A stretch of 63,843 bases of DNA, the filler included, from Perkinsus olseni (taxonomy: Eukaryota): the NCBI GenBank assembly GCA_013115125.1. It is 3 parts of 3 records of this genome, joined end to end, with 100 filler letters (N's around TTAATTAATTAA, not from the genome) between each part and the next. Parts side by side here need not be neighbours in the genome. Positions count along the whole stretch, not along the records: positions 45,287 to 63,843 come from JABANN010000612.1; 2 more parts are not named here. One strand, written 5' to 3'. Positions 50,918 through 62,700 of this stretch are shown one piece after another. Both the position numbers and the translations under genes were made by a program. Within the stretch, counting starts at the first letter, position 1. Every line of letters starts with the position of its first letter. A model generated the notes under the pieces. The model searched no databases. It was not told the DNA's origin and was given only the letters and a program-made list of their open reading frames with translations.

Positions 50918-51045
50918 GCAGAATGAGCGAAGCTGAAGTTACTGGTCCAGTAACTTCAGCTTCGCTCATTCTGCCCAGTAATACTGGATGAGATGCAGCT
51001 GAAGTTGAACGATTCTCATTCAATGAGGCCAACTTCAGCTCAGCA
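50918..51045. repeat. Perfect 28-bp-arm palindrome (1-nt spacer) followed by smaller nested palindromes
   Basis: gcagaatgagcgaagctgaagttactgg-t-ccagtaacttcagcttcgctcattctgc. Confidence 0.95.
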
Positions 51046-51124
51046 GGGCGCTTTTTCACACGGTTCATACATCGCCTCAGCCAATGAACGCATGATCGAA
51101 GATATCGATCGTGATACGCATGCG

Positions 51125-51275
51125 CACACGCATGCTCAGTGTCCCTCGGTGACATCACCACAGCTGTGGGCATGCCCAATGTCCCTCCATGCCACCATCA
51201 CACCTGTGTGCATGCCCAGTGTCCCTCCTTGACACCGCACACCTGTACGCGTCCCCAGTATCCCGCCGTGTGTCG
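51125..51275. repeat. ~39-nt minisatellite (cccagtgtccctccgtgacacc..cacacctgtacgcatg)
   Basis: About 4 copies; the same unit occurs at 54750 and 56113. Confidence 0.85.
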
Positions 51276-53235
51276 CGGTACTGCCCTGGAAATCACTTAG
51301 GGGAAAGTTCCCCCGGGAAACTCAACGAGAATAAGCCAATACCACTACCATGGGAAAAGATGTAGTGTCGCAATGCTCTTCACTCTTTTCTCTGCTTCTC
51401 ATCACGGCCTCAGTTCGGGTTCTACTGTAGAACTTTTATGTGGGTGGACCCGTTGTAAGTGATCCTCTTCACTGCGGATTCAACACGTCGCGCGGCGCGA
51501 AGTGCGGATCGTGAACATTCCGGCCCTACTCAGCGCTGAACGGTGACGCTCTCGAGCACAAGTCAAGCTCCTTCGCTTTGTCCAAGTTTTATTGAGTGAT
51601 AATTATTCTGAGCAAGAGGCTTTACGCGATAAACGGGTCGTTCAATAGACCACTCTTTGGAAGAGAGAAATGATTCTGGTGAGTTCTGTTCAAAACCAAT
51701 GCGTTTCTCAAGAGAGTTCCGAGAATCACCGGGAAACGTTTTCGAACGCGACCCTGATACCACTGTTCTCAGTTTCCTGACCATTACGTGACACGTAAGT
51801 CAAGCGACCTCATCTATTGTGATTGACGTAGAGCGTTTTCGCCTCTCGTTTCTGAGAACTTTATAGGGTCGGTCTTAGCAATCATGCTTGCCGATAGCGG
51901 GTCAGGATCGTTTCAGAAGCTATTTCACGATCGCCTCTCGATTTTTAGAAGGCAAAGCGGGAGAGGGCACAAAGAAATACTAGAGATCTCTGGATTCCTT
52001 CGTTGACAGTTGCAGCTGTACATCCAATGGTGCTGCAGCGAATTAAGCTTGATCGATTAGTGGCTTCATCAGTTGTAGCGGGACTCCCGCTGCGGGAGAC
52101 GGTGTCCCCCCACTCTTGCGAACATGTTTACTAATAGTCAGTTACTCTCTTAGACTTTGCACTCCACTTGAACTCATGGATTTACGGAATTGTTTCTCTA
52201 AATTTATAATTACGAGATCAACTCTCAGGAACAGAGCTGAGTCCATTGATCAGCCCGTATAAAACTATCTAGTTCTATCTAGTTTCTCGCACGCTGTTCT
52301 ATCGACCCAGATCGCCGCCAATCCCCGCTCGCGAGGTTGTGACTTCATTAAAGGGAATGGGAAGAATGGATCATTCTTCCTCTTCCCGGGAAATCCCGGG
52401 AATATAGCCAGGAAGAAAGATTGCATTCTTCCCCATTGAAGCAAGCCCCCCGAATTTTTTCAGCGCTACACGAATTTCTCCTGTTCGCTGCCGGCAAACC
52501 CATGCATAGAACCATCTCGCATCTCCCCGAACGAGGGACGTCCTCTTCTACTCTTCTGAAAATTGAGTGGGAAGGGGCTGTACGCACAGACTGGCGATGG
52601 TTCTCCGGTAGCAGTATATTCATCAACTGATTGGACCGAAAACTGCTTCATAGATAAGCCGAGATCTTCCCGTGTTGGGATCTGCATCTCTGTGGCAGCT
52701 GGTGTTTCAGCTAGCATGCACGTCCTCGCCCTTATTCAGCGGATAAACGAGTAGTTTATCTAGTTTAAAACCGGCGCGGAGAGATGCCGTGTTATATTGC
52801 GCGTACAGCGAGACACTTAGTGTCCCGACTGTGCCACTCACGCTAGCGAGCTAGTGCCCTGACTGCCGGTTCGAGTTATCAGGTGCTTGATAACGGTTTG
52901 AGTAGCCGGGCGTCGTCCTCATGACGCTCTCATTTTTATAACCAAGGTTTTGGAGAGGCAACTTGTGCCTGCCGACCCGCGATTGCCGTTTGCAACGCTC
53001 GCTGACGTGGTTAGATCCTGCCGACCTTAGCGACGCTTGCGCGGTGCCGCGCCTTGCCTCGTCTCGGGGACCAGAGGTATCACTGATGCATCACTAGTGG
53101 TCCTCAGGTTGAGTCTGGCGTGCGCAACTCTGCCGCCCTGGATATCTTGTGGGGGCCATCCGAGCTGAAGAGACTGAATACAGTGTTGTGATGAGTCACG
53201 TGCAGCACGTACAGCTGCTTTTCTGTCAAGAATAA

Positions 53236-53587
53236 TCATAATATAATCCGTAGCCATCTTGACCCAAGACCTTCGTTGACCTTTTTTGTATCGCCAATTA
53301 GGGTCAACCGAACATCATGTTTCCCCGCTCCTCTCTCCACAGAATCTATCTGCAATTCAATAGTTGATGACTTTTCGTCATATCCTGGCGGTCTGACTCC
53401 TTCCCGAGCCGGGCTCAGAGTCGTCGAGTAGGGAGTCGTCAACAGCCACCCAATGTTGTATGTCGCAGTTTACTCTAGCACAAGCATAGGGGGGCGCAGT
53501 GAAAACCTCGTGTGCGCGCGGAATTGTAGTCACTGTCGCGAGAGACAATACAAGGACAATAGACAGACAATACAAGGATACGCCCAC
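53236..53587 (-). pseudogene. Probable frameshifted secreted-protein remnant
   Basis: Signal-peptide ORF MGVSLYCLSIVLVLSLATVTT overlaps a second-frame ORF 53236-53442. Confidence 0.3.
53247..53268 (+). other. Spliced-leader-like 22-mer (relic)
   Basis: TCCGTAGCCATCTTGACCCAAG matches 19/22 of the Perkinsus SL ACCGTAGCCATCTTGGCTCAAG (as recalled). It is not followed by GT. Confidence 0.6.
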
Positions 53588-53927
53588 GATTGATCACCGT
53601 GAATACCGCTTTGGTAATTGACTAGAATACAGAAAGTAAGAGATAGTATCAAACATAAGTTCTGCACTGCAGAAACAGACGAGCGTGGAGTCTCCGTGAT
53701 GGAGGCCAACATGCGTCACTCGCATTCCGGAATAGTCAGTGCTGATTGGATCCTGATTGAACAGAAGTTATTGAACTGTTCATTACTGTCCCACTACAAA
53801 ATAGAAGCAACAAAATATCTCGTAGCATGGCCTATCATTCGTTTGAACATTCTTGGTCCAGAACTCCACAAGAAAGTCCTCGCAGAAGCTGAGAGTCGAC
53901 AGATAAACCTGGTCCATTAGACCACCT

Positions 53928-54691
53928 TCACCTGACCTGGTCGAGAGCATAGACCCATCTTTGACCAACTTCTAGGTACATTTTTGTTTCTGTAGCTAAT
54001 ACTACAGTGAAGCTAGAGAAGATTGTCAGTAGCCTACTGACAGTAGGTCCGACCTACTATCTAATAGGTCACTCATTGAACAAGTTTCCGCCACATATTG
54101 AAAAAACCTTCCAACGGATGGATCGATCTTGACCGCGAGCGGTTGGTCTTCCACTTCGAATGTTGTTGACAAGTCATTGACTTGGAGCATCTCTTCGCCG
54201 AGACTGCAAGTGACGCCAATCTTCACCTGCCTCGTAAACTCTTCGGGCATTTTCTCTGCCACCTCTATGGTCATTTTGAAGCTGTCATCCTCAACGTAGA
54301 CATATGCACCTTGCGATAGAGGTAGAGCCTCCCTCCTGAAGAAGAGGAACCCACCTTTAGACCGAATATGGGGAAAATTGGGGCCAACGAAGTTGATCAC
54401 TGATAACTCGGTACCCAAGCTGGTAGCCCGGGTCTGAAGATCCGAAAAGGACCCGCCGTCTTTGGCTTGAAAGTCAACGAAGTATTTTTCAGGTCCTCCT
54501 TCTGCGAGGGGATACTGAGCACTGACCAAGGGCGGCTGGCCAGGCGACAGCATGGTGTATTCAATCTCACCGGCCTCGTTGATGTCGGCAGCTATATTAG
54601 CAGATGGCGTCTCAAGTACCTATTTACCAATGAGCTGAGCCCTCGTGTTCACCATGGTGAAGATGAGCCAGGTTGTGAAGAATTTCATCAT
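53928..54691 (-). pseudogene. Pseudogene paralogue of the 50132-50860 secreted protein
   Basis: Collinear homology, with TAG at 54620-22 (TAC/Tyr in the paralogue) and a +31-nt frameshifting insertion at ~54028-54065. Confidence 0.88.
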
Positions 54692-54749
54692 TGAAATGGG
54701 GGAGCCGTTGTATAAGAGGTAAACTAGGAGAATGAAGGATCACTCGGTG

Positions 54750-54920
54750 TTCATCCGTGACATCCCCGCACCTACACGGATCCCAGTGTCCCTCCGTGAC
54801 GTTACAACACCGGTACGCATTCCGAGTGTCTCTCCGTGTCACCGCCACACCTGTACGCATGCCCAGTGTCTCTGCGTGATCCCACACACCTGTACGCATG
54901 CCCAGTTTCCTCCCGTTGAA
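54750..54920. repeat. ~39-nt minisatellite, second array
   Basis: 4-5 copies immediately upstream of the pseudogene. Confidence 0.85.
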
Positions 54921-55589
54921 CCGACACATTTTGTTGTAGGGCTCTCGGCACTCCGTTTGACCCTGTATGGCGAGGCTTTGCAGCTTTGCAGTTACAGTTC
55001 CTTGCCTTGGCTGCATGGTCACCGGCTCCGTTCGGCACCAACTGTTGATGGAACGGGGCTATCGTCTTCACGCCTGTCGAAGAAGACAGTTTACGGTACG
55101 AATTGACTGCTTAAGCGTAGCTTATGCGCACATGCGTCAAAGGGACGATCTGAAAAGACGGATTTCCGGTGTTCTTCTCAAGGCAAGTAGATTCTTTAGA
55201 GGATTATTGTTGGCAGTCTTGCAATCAACCTTAGCGTAAGTACTTTCTATCGGAGAGAAACACGGCACGGTTTCTCGGAGGAGGAATCGATCAGCTGGAG
55301 ATAGAACTCTGGCTTGTCGGCGAAGGTCCCGCCTGAAAATGGTAAATCCTGAAAATGGTGAAGGGCGAGAAAATCCGTATTTGTGAGGCTTTGCGCTAAG
55401 TTGGATTCGGGCACGAAACGCATGGATGGTGCAGAGGTAGGAATCCCACGGAAGCTCCAGGCGCGGCTTCGCAACGTCTTACAGGAGGTCATGGTGCCCT
55501 TCGGCACTGATTTTTTTCCCAAAATAATCCCTTGACGTTGGGGGACTAGAGATGAGATGACTGTGTGGTCAATACTGTTGCTTCTCCGT

Positions 55590-55912
55590 TGTTGCTCATG
55601 GTCAACGCAAGGCGAGAAGGATTGTAGAGTCTTCTACTTTCTGCCTCTAAGCTTAGTCTCTCGAGGGGAATAAGCTATGCACGCATGCACAAGACGATCG
55701 GCGCACAATGAGTAACACTTTCCCCTCCGAGTAGAGAAGTATGAGATGTTGAGATGAAAAAGGAGAGAAGTAAAGAATGATGAGGGATTCTTGTTGCTCA
55801 TAGTCAACGCAAGGCGAGAAGGATTGTAGAGTCTTCTACCTAGATCTATTCGGGGGGCGGGAGTATTAGCTATGCACGCATGCACAAGATGATCGGCGCG
55901 CAATGAGTAACA
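55590..55912. repeat. ~120-nt direct repeat, two copies (55590 and ~55792)
   Basis: ttgctcat.gtcaacgcaaggcgagaaggattgtagagtcttctac...gctatgcacgcatgcacaaga.gatcggcgc.caatgagtaaca occurs twice. Confidence 0.85.
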
Positions 55913-56112
55913 AATACGCAGGTAGCTATCCCACTACAGTCACGCACAATCTCTGGTCTGTATTGCCAAACTTAGTCCCCGGTTTTCGGGCCGCGGGTTT
56001 GAGGTTTGGTCAATACCTCTTCCATCCCCAGCGTCTATCATAGACGGTCTGTGGGATTTCTCACATTTGTATCTGGCTTTGGGCTTGTGGTACGAAAGCT
56101 GGATCGATCATC

Positions 56113-56292
56113 GACCTGTGTCACTCCGCGGCACCAGTACAGCTTCAAGCGTGCCCAGTGTCCCTCTGTGACACCGACACAGCTACAAACATGCCAAGCG
56201 CCCCTCCGTGACACCGTCACACCTGTACGCGTGCCCAGTGTCCCTCCGTGACACTGACACAGCTACAAGCATTCCCTCGTCCTTGTGTGATG
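56113..56292. repeat. ~39-nt minisatellite, third array
   Basis: 4-5 degenerate copies. Confidence 0.8.
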
Positions 56293-56399
56293 GTGCTTCT
56301 ACGATCACACTAATTCTCGTTACAACTCAAGAAGAAATCTTCAACCTACAAGAAACACCAGAAACTATTCTCCGTCCATGCAATCAGGAGTAAGCACAC

Positions 56400-58550
56400 C
56401 ATCAGCCACTCGAACTGTTCTTTGCATGGCCTTCAGCGTGGTTAGCAGGCGAAGGGATCTTCTCAGTGCTTTGAATATCTTCTCGGCATCTCTAATCTGA
56501 AGAGGTTGTCCCCAGAGGCGCTGTTCGTGAAGAGATATGATCGAGAGACATGTGCCAATGCGCGCTTACCTTCTCAGCAGACGGAATCTGCGCGTAGAGT
56601 TCATCATTGTGAGTTTCTCTCAACCGATCATCAACAGCATCGCACCTGGGATCTCCAGTGAGTGGGAGCATCGAACTCAGCTCATGAATATGGCTTCATA
56701 CTGCCATTAAGTGACGCGCAGGATGCGAATTTCGTAGAGAAGAAGCCACATTGACAGTCGGCCTTCGTTCGCGCAGATCTACTGGCTATCTGATGCTATC
56801 CCGTTATCGTGATAGGAAGACCTACGAATCTTCGAAAATGCGCCCTTCACCGCATGCCCTATGGGCCATAGGCTTTGGCAATGGTCTCAACATCTGATTA
56901 GAGCGTATTCGCCTGCGCCAGACCGGCACAACCCTGAACGGAGCTCACCAAGGTATCCACGTCTCAATGTTTTCCGTGCCGTTGTCTTTCATTTTTCTGC
57001 CAAGGGAGAGAAGTTCATCTAAGCTGTCGATTGTTCCCAGGTTCCTCCGGGCGTGACACGCTAAGATCTCGGTCAAGTTACGATATCTGAAATCGGCAGC
57101 GACTCCAGCGGAAGGACCCACCGGGAAAGCGAGGAGCCACAAGACGCCCTTCTGTGATGAACCTACCCCAGAGTATAGCAGGCGTCTAGACACCCGAAGT
57201 CGTCTTTTATATTCGTTGGTACTCGAGACAACAGGAGCAGCCGAATTTGAGGTATTATGGCTATCAGACACGGATGGTTTAATGGAACTCTCAAGCGAGC
57301 AGCTGCGTACCTGAACACAAACGAGGCAATGCCGAGCCTTGACTAGGGCTTTTCGCGCGCTGTTGCATTTGCAAACTCGCAACGGCAAATGCATACGATC
57401 GCACGGGTAGCATTAGAGTTGAATCATGGGCAAACGCTTTCCTCGACCCCGCTAATCTTGCAGTACCCGTACGATTTAGTTCGGAAAATAAGTAACCCTG
57501 ACGGGACTTGAACCCGCAACCTTCGGCTCCGGAAACCGACGCGCTTCCATTGCGCCACGAGGTCGACAAAAAGACTATGTGAGCAAGAGGTGAGCGTTAG
57601 AGAATCGATTGCTCACTCACGGAACGACCAATGAAGAGTGGATTCTAGAACTCACATAATACTCAGCAACGTCCGCGGATCCTTCGCATGAGGAACCTTC
57701 TCAGTCAGGCAGTTGAACCTGATGCAGCACAGGCGGCAACAGACCATCTTTACGTTACCGTGCAGCTGAGGGGCTCAATCGTGGAACGGGAGAGCAGACG
57801 GTAGGTTGAGATGATCGTCGATCGGCCAATGAGCGTCGTGGACAACTTATCCTACAAATCGTCAATAAACCATGGCTCGAGTCTATCATGTAGAAACGGC
57901 AACTTCGCCAGGGCCACAGCAGTCAGCCTCAAGTCCGCGAAGGTCATTTTGTTAACGTTGTAACTGAAATGAGTGATAATCTCTCCATGTTGGTTCGAAC
58001 ACGAATGCTCATAACGTCCTCATTCCTATGCGACTGCGTAGACGCCTCGCATGTAAGGCCTACGCATTGGGTGATTCCACTCCTTTATCGAAGACCAGGC
58101 GAATAAACGTCGCCGAAAGATCCTCCAATACTGTAGTGGCTCTTTTTCCCGCAGACTTGTGCAAAGCCATCATCGCCATTAAGCAAGATGTCACATCCGT
58201 GCGCATCTGACACCATTCTTCGCTTCGCTCAGCTTGAACCCGGACCAACCGTTAGCCGCTTTACAATCGCAGTAGTGCACTGCGTTGTATCGACATAGCC
58301 GGCCTCCGCGAACATCATCAGTACAGATGCTAGCTCGCGAGTCTTCAGCTCGTCTACAAGGTAGTGGACCTGATCCGATAACCGCCGCTTCCTCCTCGTT
58401 AAACTCCTGCGAGCATTCCCTCTACTCACTTCATTAGCGAGATTAGTCCACTTCTGAATAGGAGCTCCTTTCTCATGCGATCTACGCAGATTTTGCAACA
58501 GCTTGCCAACTTGGCTGAGAAAAGTGACAGAAGAGCCGCATTTGCGTCAT
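56400..58550 (-). CDS. Second helical-repeat (RAP/OPR-like) protein, multi-exon
   Basis: LVDELKTRELASVLMMFAEAGYVD and KMTFADLRLTAVALAKL-type helical repeats, with short GT-AG introns. Ends are approximate. Confidence 0.5.
57493..57564 (-). tRNA. tRNA-Arg(CCG), intronic, one acceptor-stem mismatch
   Basis: GACCTCGTGGCGCAATGGAAGCGCGTCGGTTTCCGGAGCCGAAGGTTGCGGGTTCAAGTCCCGTCAGGGTTA folds as a cloverleaf. Confidence 0.85.
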
Positions 58551-58712
58551 ACAGTCGCAACGGGAGAGGTGATGGGACTTGATAAAGGGTAAGGCGACGC
58601 GACACCGGAACAATGGTATGGGTCCCGTCTTACTCAGAGGCATTCGGACTCGGAATTTGCCGTGATATCCTGAAAACAAAAGACACTTCGATGGCACGCC
58701 AAGCACACAGCA

Positions 58713-58786
58713 GCTCTGGTGGCTCAATCGGATAGAGCGTTGGACTTCTAATCCAAAGGTTGCGGGTTCAAGTCCCGCCCAGAGTA
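58713..58786 (+). tRNA. tRNA-Arg(TCT)
   Basis: GCTCTGGTGGCTCAATCGGATAGAGCGTTGGACTTCTAATCCAAAGGTTGCGGGTTCAAGTCCCGCCCAGAGTA forms a complete cloverleaf. Confidence 0.95.
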
Positions 58787-58877
58787 TATACACTAGCACA
58801 CTAGATCGGAACTGTCTGCTCCTGTAAGCACTCTCCCCGCTATACACTATCGCCGTTGAACGCAATGAAATTACGTT

Positions 58878-58949
58878 CAACCCTGGCGGGACTTGAACCC
58901 ACAACCTTCGGCTCCGGAAACCGACGCGCTTCCATTGCGCCACAAGGTC
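58878..58949 (-). tRNA. tRNA-Arg(CCG)
   Basis: GACCTTGTGGCGCAATGGAAGCGCGTCGGTTTCCGGAGCCGAAGGTTGTGGGTTCAAGTCCCGCCAGGGTTG folds as a cloverleaf. Confidence 0.92.
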
Positions 58950-59069
58950 GAACAATGGAAATCAGCCCGCTAATTCAATAGGCAATCGGTAAGTGAAGTC
59001 ACTGTATGCCTTCTATGATTTGAAGGGTCGCTCAGCACCGAACAGCAACGCAGGTCGCCACAGGTAACG

Positions 59070-59143
59070 GCTCTGGTGGCTCAGTCGGATAGAGCATTGG
59101 ACTTACAATCCAAAAGTTGCGAGTTCACGTCCCGCCCAGGGTA
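59070..59143 (+). tRNA. tRNA with Arg(TCT)-type body but TAC (Val) anticodon; possibly a pseudogene
   Basis: GCTCTGGTGGCTCAGTCGGATAGAGCATTGGACTTACAATCCAAAAGTTGCGAGTTCACGTCCCGCCCAGGGTA; the T-stem has an A-C mismatch. Confidence 0.7.
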
Positions 59144-59183
59144 ACGTCAGACTTACCCAGCTTTGATTTCCTCGTTTTTCATC

Positions 59184-59625
59184 ATGGCAATGCGTTTCTC
59201 GACATTAGTACGCCTGCAAAAGAAGTTTCCAAGACCGGACTCTCCCCGACGTCTACTTCTTCGGCCGCTCGAACCCCGACGCCTCCTCGCCAAGTTCTCT
59301 TTCTCTCCGCTCCCTCAGATTCAGCTGTTGCTCAGTGAGGAGCTCCTGCTTGCGCATCTGCCTGGGTAGGCGCCGCCGGACGATGAGCGGATTTGGATGA
59401 GCCCGGAGCTCTAAGTTGTCGAAGGCGGACTCAAGGAGGAGCTTTCGTCTGCTCAACATTGAAGAAAAAACTCTGGACACCTTAGACCCATCAGACAGTC
59501 TGACAAAAAGTCGCTACACTGATTTCGTGAGATTATACGCATTCTCCGTAACGGAAGATTTTGTAAGTGGGAATCGGCATCAACAGCCCGTAATAGACTT
59601 CGGTAACGGACAAGGCGTAGCATGA
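59184..59625 (+). CDS. Small hypothetical protein (spliced), basic N-terminus
   Basis: Two consecutive ORFs with plausible splice sites; no recognised domain. Confidence 0.3.
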
Positions 59626-59738
59626 ATAAAGCTCCCACGGCAAGGGGGAGTGTACCGAACTACTAATTTAACTGCAACTCAAGGCATCAACACGCGTGCA
59701 GAAACTGACTGCGCTCAAAAATAACGCTTAACCAGTTT

Positions 59739-62700
59739 TCACGACGCTTTGCCGTTCCCGCAGCAGCCGCTCTCGTGCAATGCCGCCACACCCGCTTCAG
59801 CGTCGTCCTCAGCGACGACCAGTGTTATGTTCCTTTCACTCGAACCCTGCGCTATAGCGCAGATGTTGACTCTAGCTGATGCCAGTGCCGTCGCCGCCCT
59901 CCCCAGGATACCTTCGAAGAAAGTGTCCATACGGAATAAACCCACTCACAAAATGATACAGTAGAACATGCAATATCTTTTTGATTTCCCTGTTATTACT
60001 GCGACTCAGGTTGTGAAGTTTCGTGTGTGAGGGTATCACTTACGAAGGAACAAAAATATACCAGTCAATTCAACATTCGCTCGCCCTAGTAAAATTTCTG
60101 AAACAGTCAATTCTTACTACTCGTCAAAATCTCATAACCTGAATCGCGGTAATAACAGAGAAATCAAAAAAATACTACAAAAAATTCTATTATTCTGTCA
60201 AGGTTTATAAAAACCTTGGGGGTTTATAAGACGGGGCTCAACAAACATCTCGTCAGACAAGGGTGTGTCTAAAGCCCCGCGACTCACCAATCGACCTGAC
60301 CATTCCGTCACCAACCATCGCCAGAATCGCCAAGCCAGTAGTAGTGGTGACTCCAAAATCGTGATAGAGGCACATCTCCCTGTAGAACGCATGCTCGATC
60401 GCCACCACGCACTTCTCACGGTCGCATGTGCGGATCGCGAAACAGACAGAATGCTCGGAAGATGCCTGCGTGGGAAATCATCTTCAAGATGCAGTCTACT
60501 AGATCCGACCTGGGTGATCATAATAACGTTCACTCCCGCTTCGCCGACTGCTCCGAAGAGACGACTCGCTAAACCCGTGACACCAATCAATCCGCAGCCT
60601 TCCACGTTGACCAGACAGATGCCTGATCGCGGGCTTGAGGGCATGCCCCGCGAGCTCACAAGGGCTACCTTTCATGACAGATACGGCCTTGGCAGAGAGC
60701 TGGTGCCGACAGGGAGACCCTGGGGGAGTTGGCAACGACGTGATAAGCGTGCCTAGCGGTAGGACAAGATTCGTTCTCTCTGGATCGATGGCAAATGCGT
60801 GAGTAGTTGTTAGTTCGATCGGAAATTGAAATGCAATGTTCCCTGAATCGTTCAAGTTGAATGGTGACCACCGCGGACCTTCACAAGCTCGGTTAAAGGT
60901 ATTCCGCAGGACTATGGGAATGTCCCTTCCGATACAAGGAGCCATCGTCTTCGGATGCAGAACCTAGCATAACTGGAGATGACTAGATTCTATCCAGCTG
61001 ATTCAGGTATTCAAAACCCTACCTTAGCCCCAAACCACGCCATTTCCGCTGCTTCTGAATACGACAGCGATTCCAACATCTCCGCGTTGCCGACGGATCT
61101 CGGATCCCCAGAAAAACTACAGGAGAGTATCTCGTCTCATGTCACTGGGGGTACGATAATGCTCCGAGAGCGAGCGGCTTGCTATTACACGCCGTCCACG
61201 TCCGTCCAAATGGTAAGTTTCCGACATCCTGCACATGAAGATTGGTCGGATAAGAGACGTGCGATTATCGCTGCACTGAGAGAAATTGCCCTCCTGCGAC
61301 AGAACAACGCGGTAGAGCTTGAAATGAACGGGCAGAAGGCATCGCTGGTCATGGCGAGTGAACTCACTCAACCTGTAGCCTATGACCCGTGTGAAACTCT
61401 CTCAGCTCGATAATTCACGACTAACACGGCTTTTTTCGAATGCATCGGCGATGTAGCTACGCAACGAGCGTACGCATCCGGGCAGAACGAACGGTTGGCG
61501 CAAAACGACAGCCCACGCTGATCCAAAGCGACTTCCTAAGGGTTCACGAAACTGCTATCATTGGAAAAGATCTCCGAGTTCACTATGACGGTACCTTAGA
61601 TCACTGCCGTTCCGCTTCAGTGTCGTGGGAGCCCCGGATGCTTCCGAAGCGACGAAACCAGTAATAATAACTACCTAAAGGCCCATTCTATCACATCCTC
61701 GTCAGTAAGATCCATCGGAAGATTCGCCAGCGATAACTGGGACCTTCACGACACTTTGCATTTTTTGCGCTGCTACACGATAATGATCACGAGACTGTCG
61801 TTTATTATCATATCTAAGTTCCGTGAAAGGATGCTGTTTCATCATTAATTACAATATCCCAGTCGCAGTGTGATGCTCAGCTATACTAACATCAGATAGC
61901 ATTGATAATATTGTTATCTAAAAGCACTTTTCCATCTTTTTGCGGAAGACGAGCCCGCCGGAGGCACCAGCCCGCTCACCTCGAATCCTGTAGTTTCCTC
62001 CTCCACCTCAGCCATTTTCATACCACTCCTTTCCCAATCAACTCTATCACTACCTTCCTCAAGATAAATGATTCTCCGACCGTCCACGACCATCGCTCGT
62101 ACTCCGATACATTTCAAAGCGCCGCAGAGGATCCGAGCGCTCCACAGTTCGCCGTATCCCATGATGACGTCGTAAAACGGTTGAGGGCACACTCCGACCA
62201 TTCGAACCGAGTCCAAACAGCAAGATATCTTCTTCGCGTCTTTTTCGAATTCCTGCTCGTATTCAGGGAAATGATTCAGATTTCCAGCGATACATTCAAA
62301 GTGGCGAGCTTTTATCGTTTCCAGAGCGGCCTCCCACTCGGCCCCTCTCTGAGCCAAGCCACAAAGCTCGCAGAGTGAATTGGTGACACCAGACATAGCT
62401 GACACCACGGCAGCTATCCGTCCCTCACCCCCGGTCACCTGAAAATGGTAAGGCAATGAGCGCGCAAGACGACCCTCGAAAAATGTAACCGATGAAGTGT
62501 CCGTTTTCAACGCATCCGAACGAAGAGATTTCTCGCATGGAGAATCCATTAAATAGCCGCAACGCTATATTTGCGGGATGGAATGAGGTTTAACGTCCTC
62601 GTGATTTACCGCGAATAGTCGAACTCCAATTTTCACGATTCATTTGCCGTCTCAAGTAGGCCATCAAACCGGAATAATATTCGAATTATTGTCCGTAACA

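Noticed and set aside
58482-58955. 157-aa minus-strand ORF
   Set aside because: Runs through two tRNA genes, so mostly spurious.
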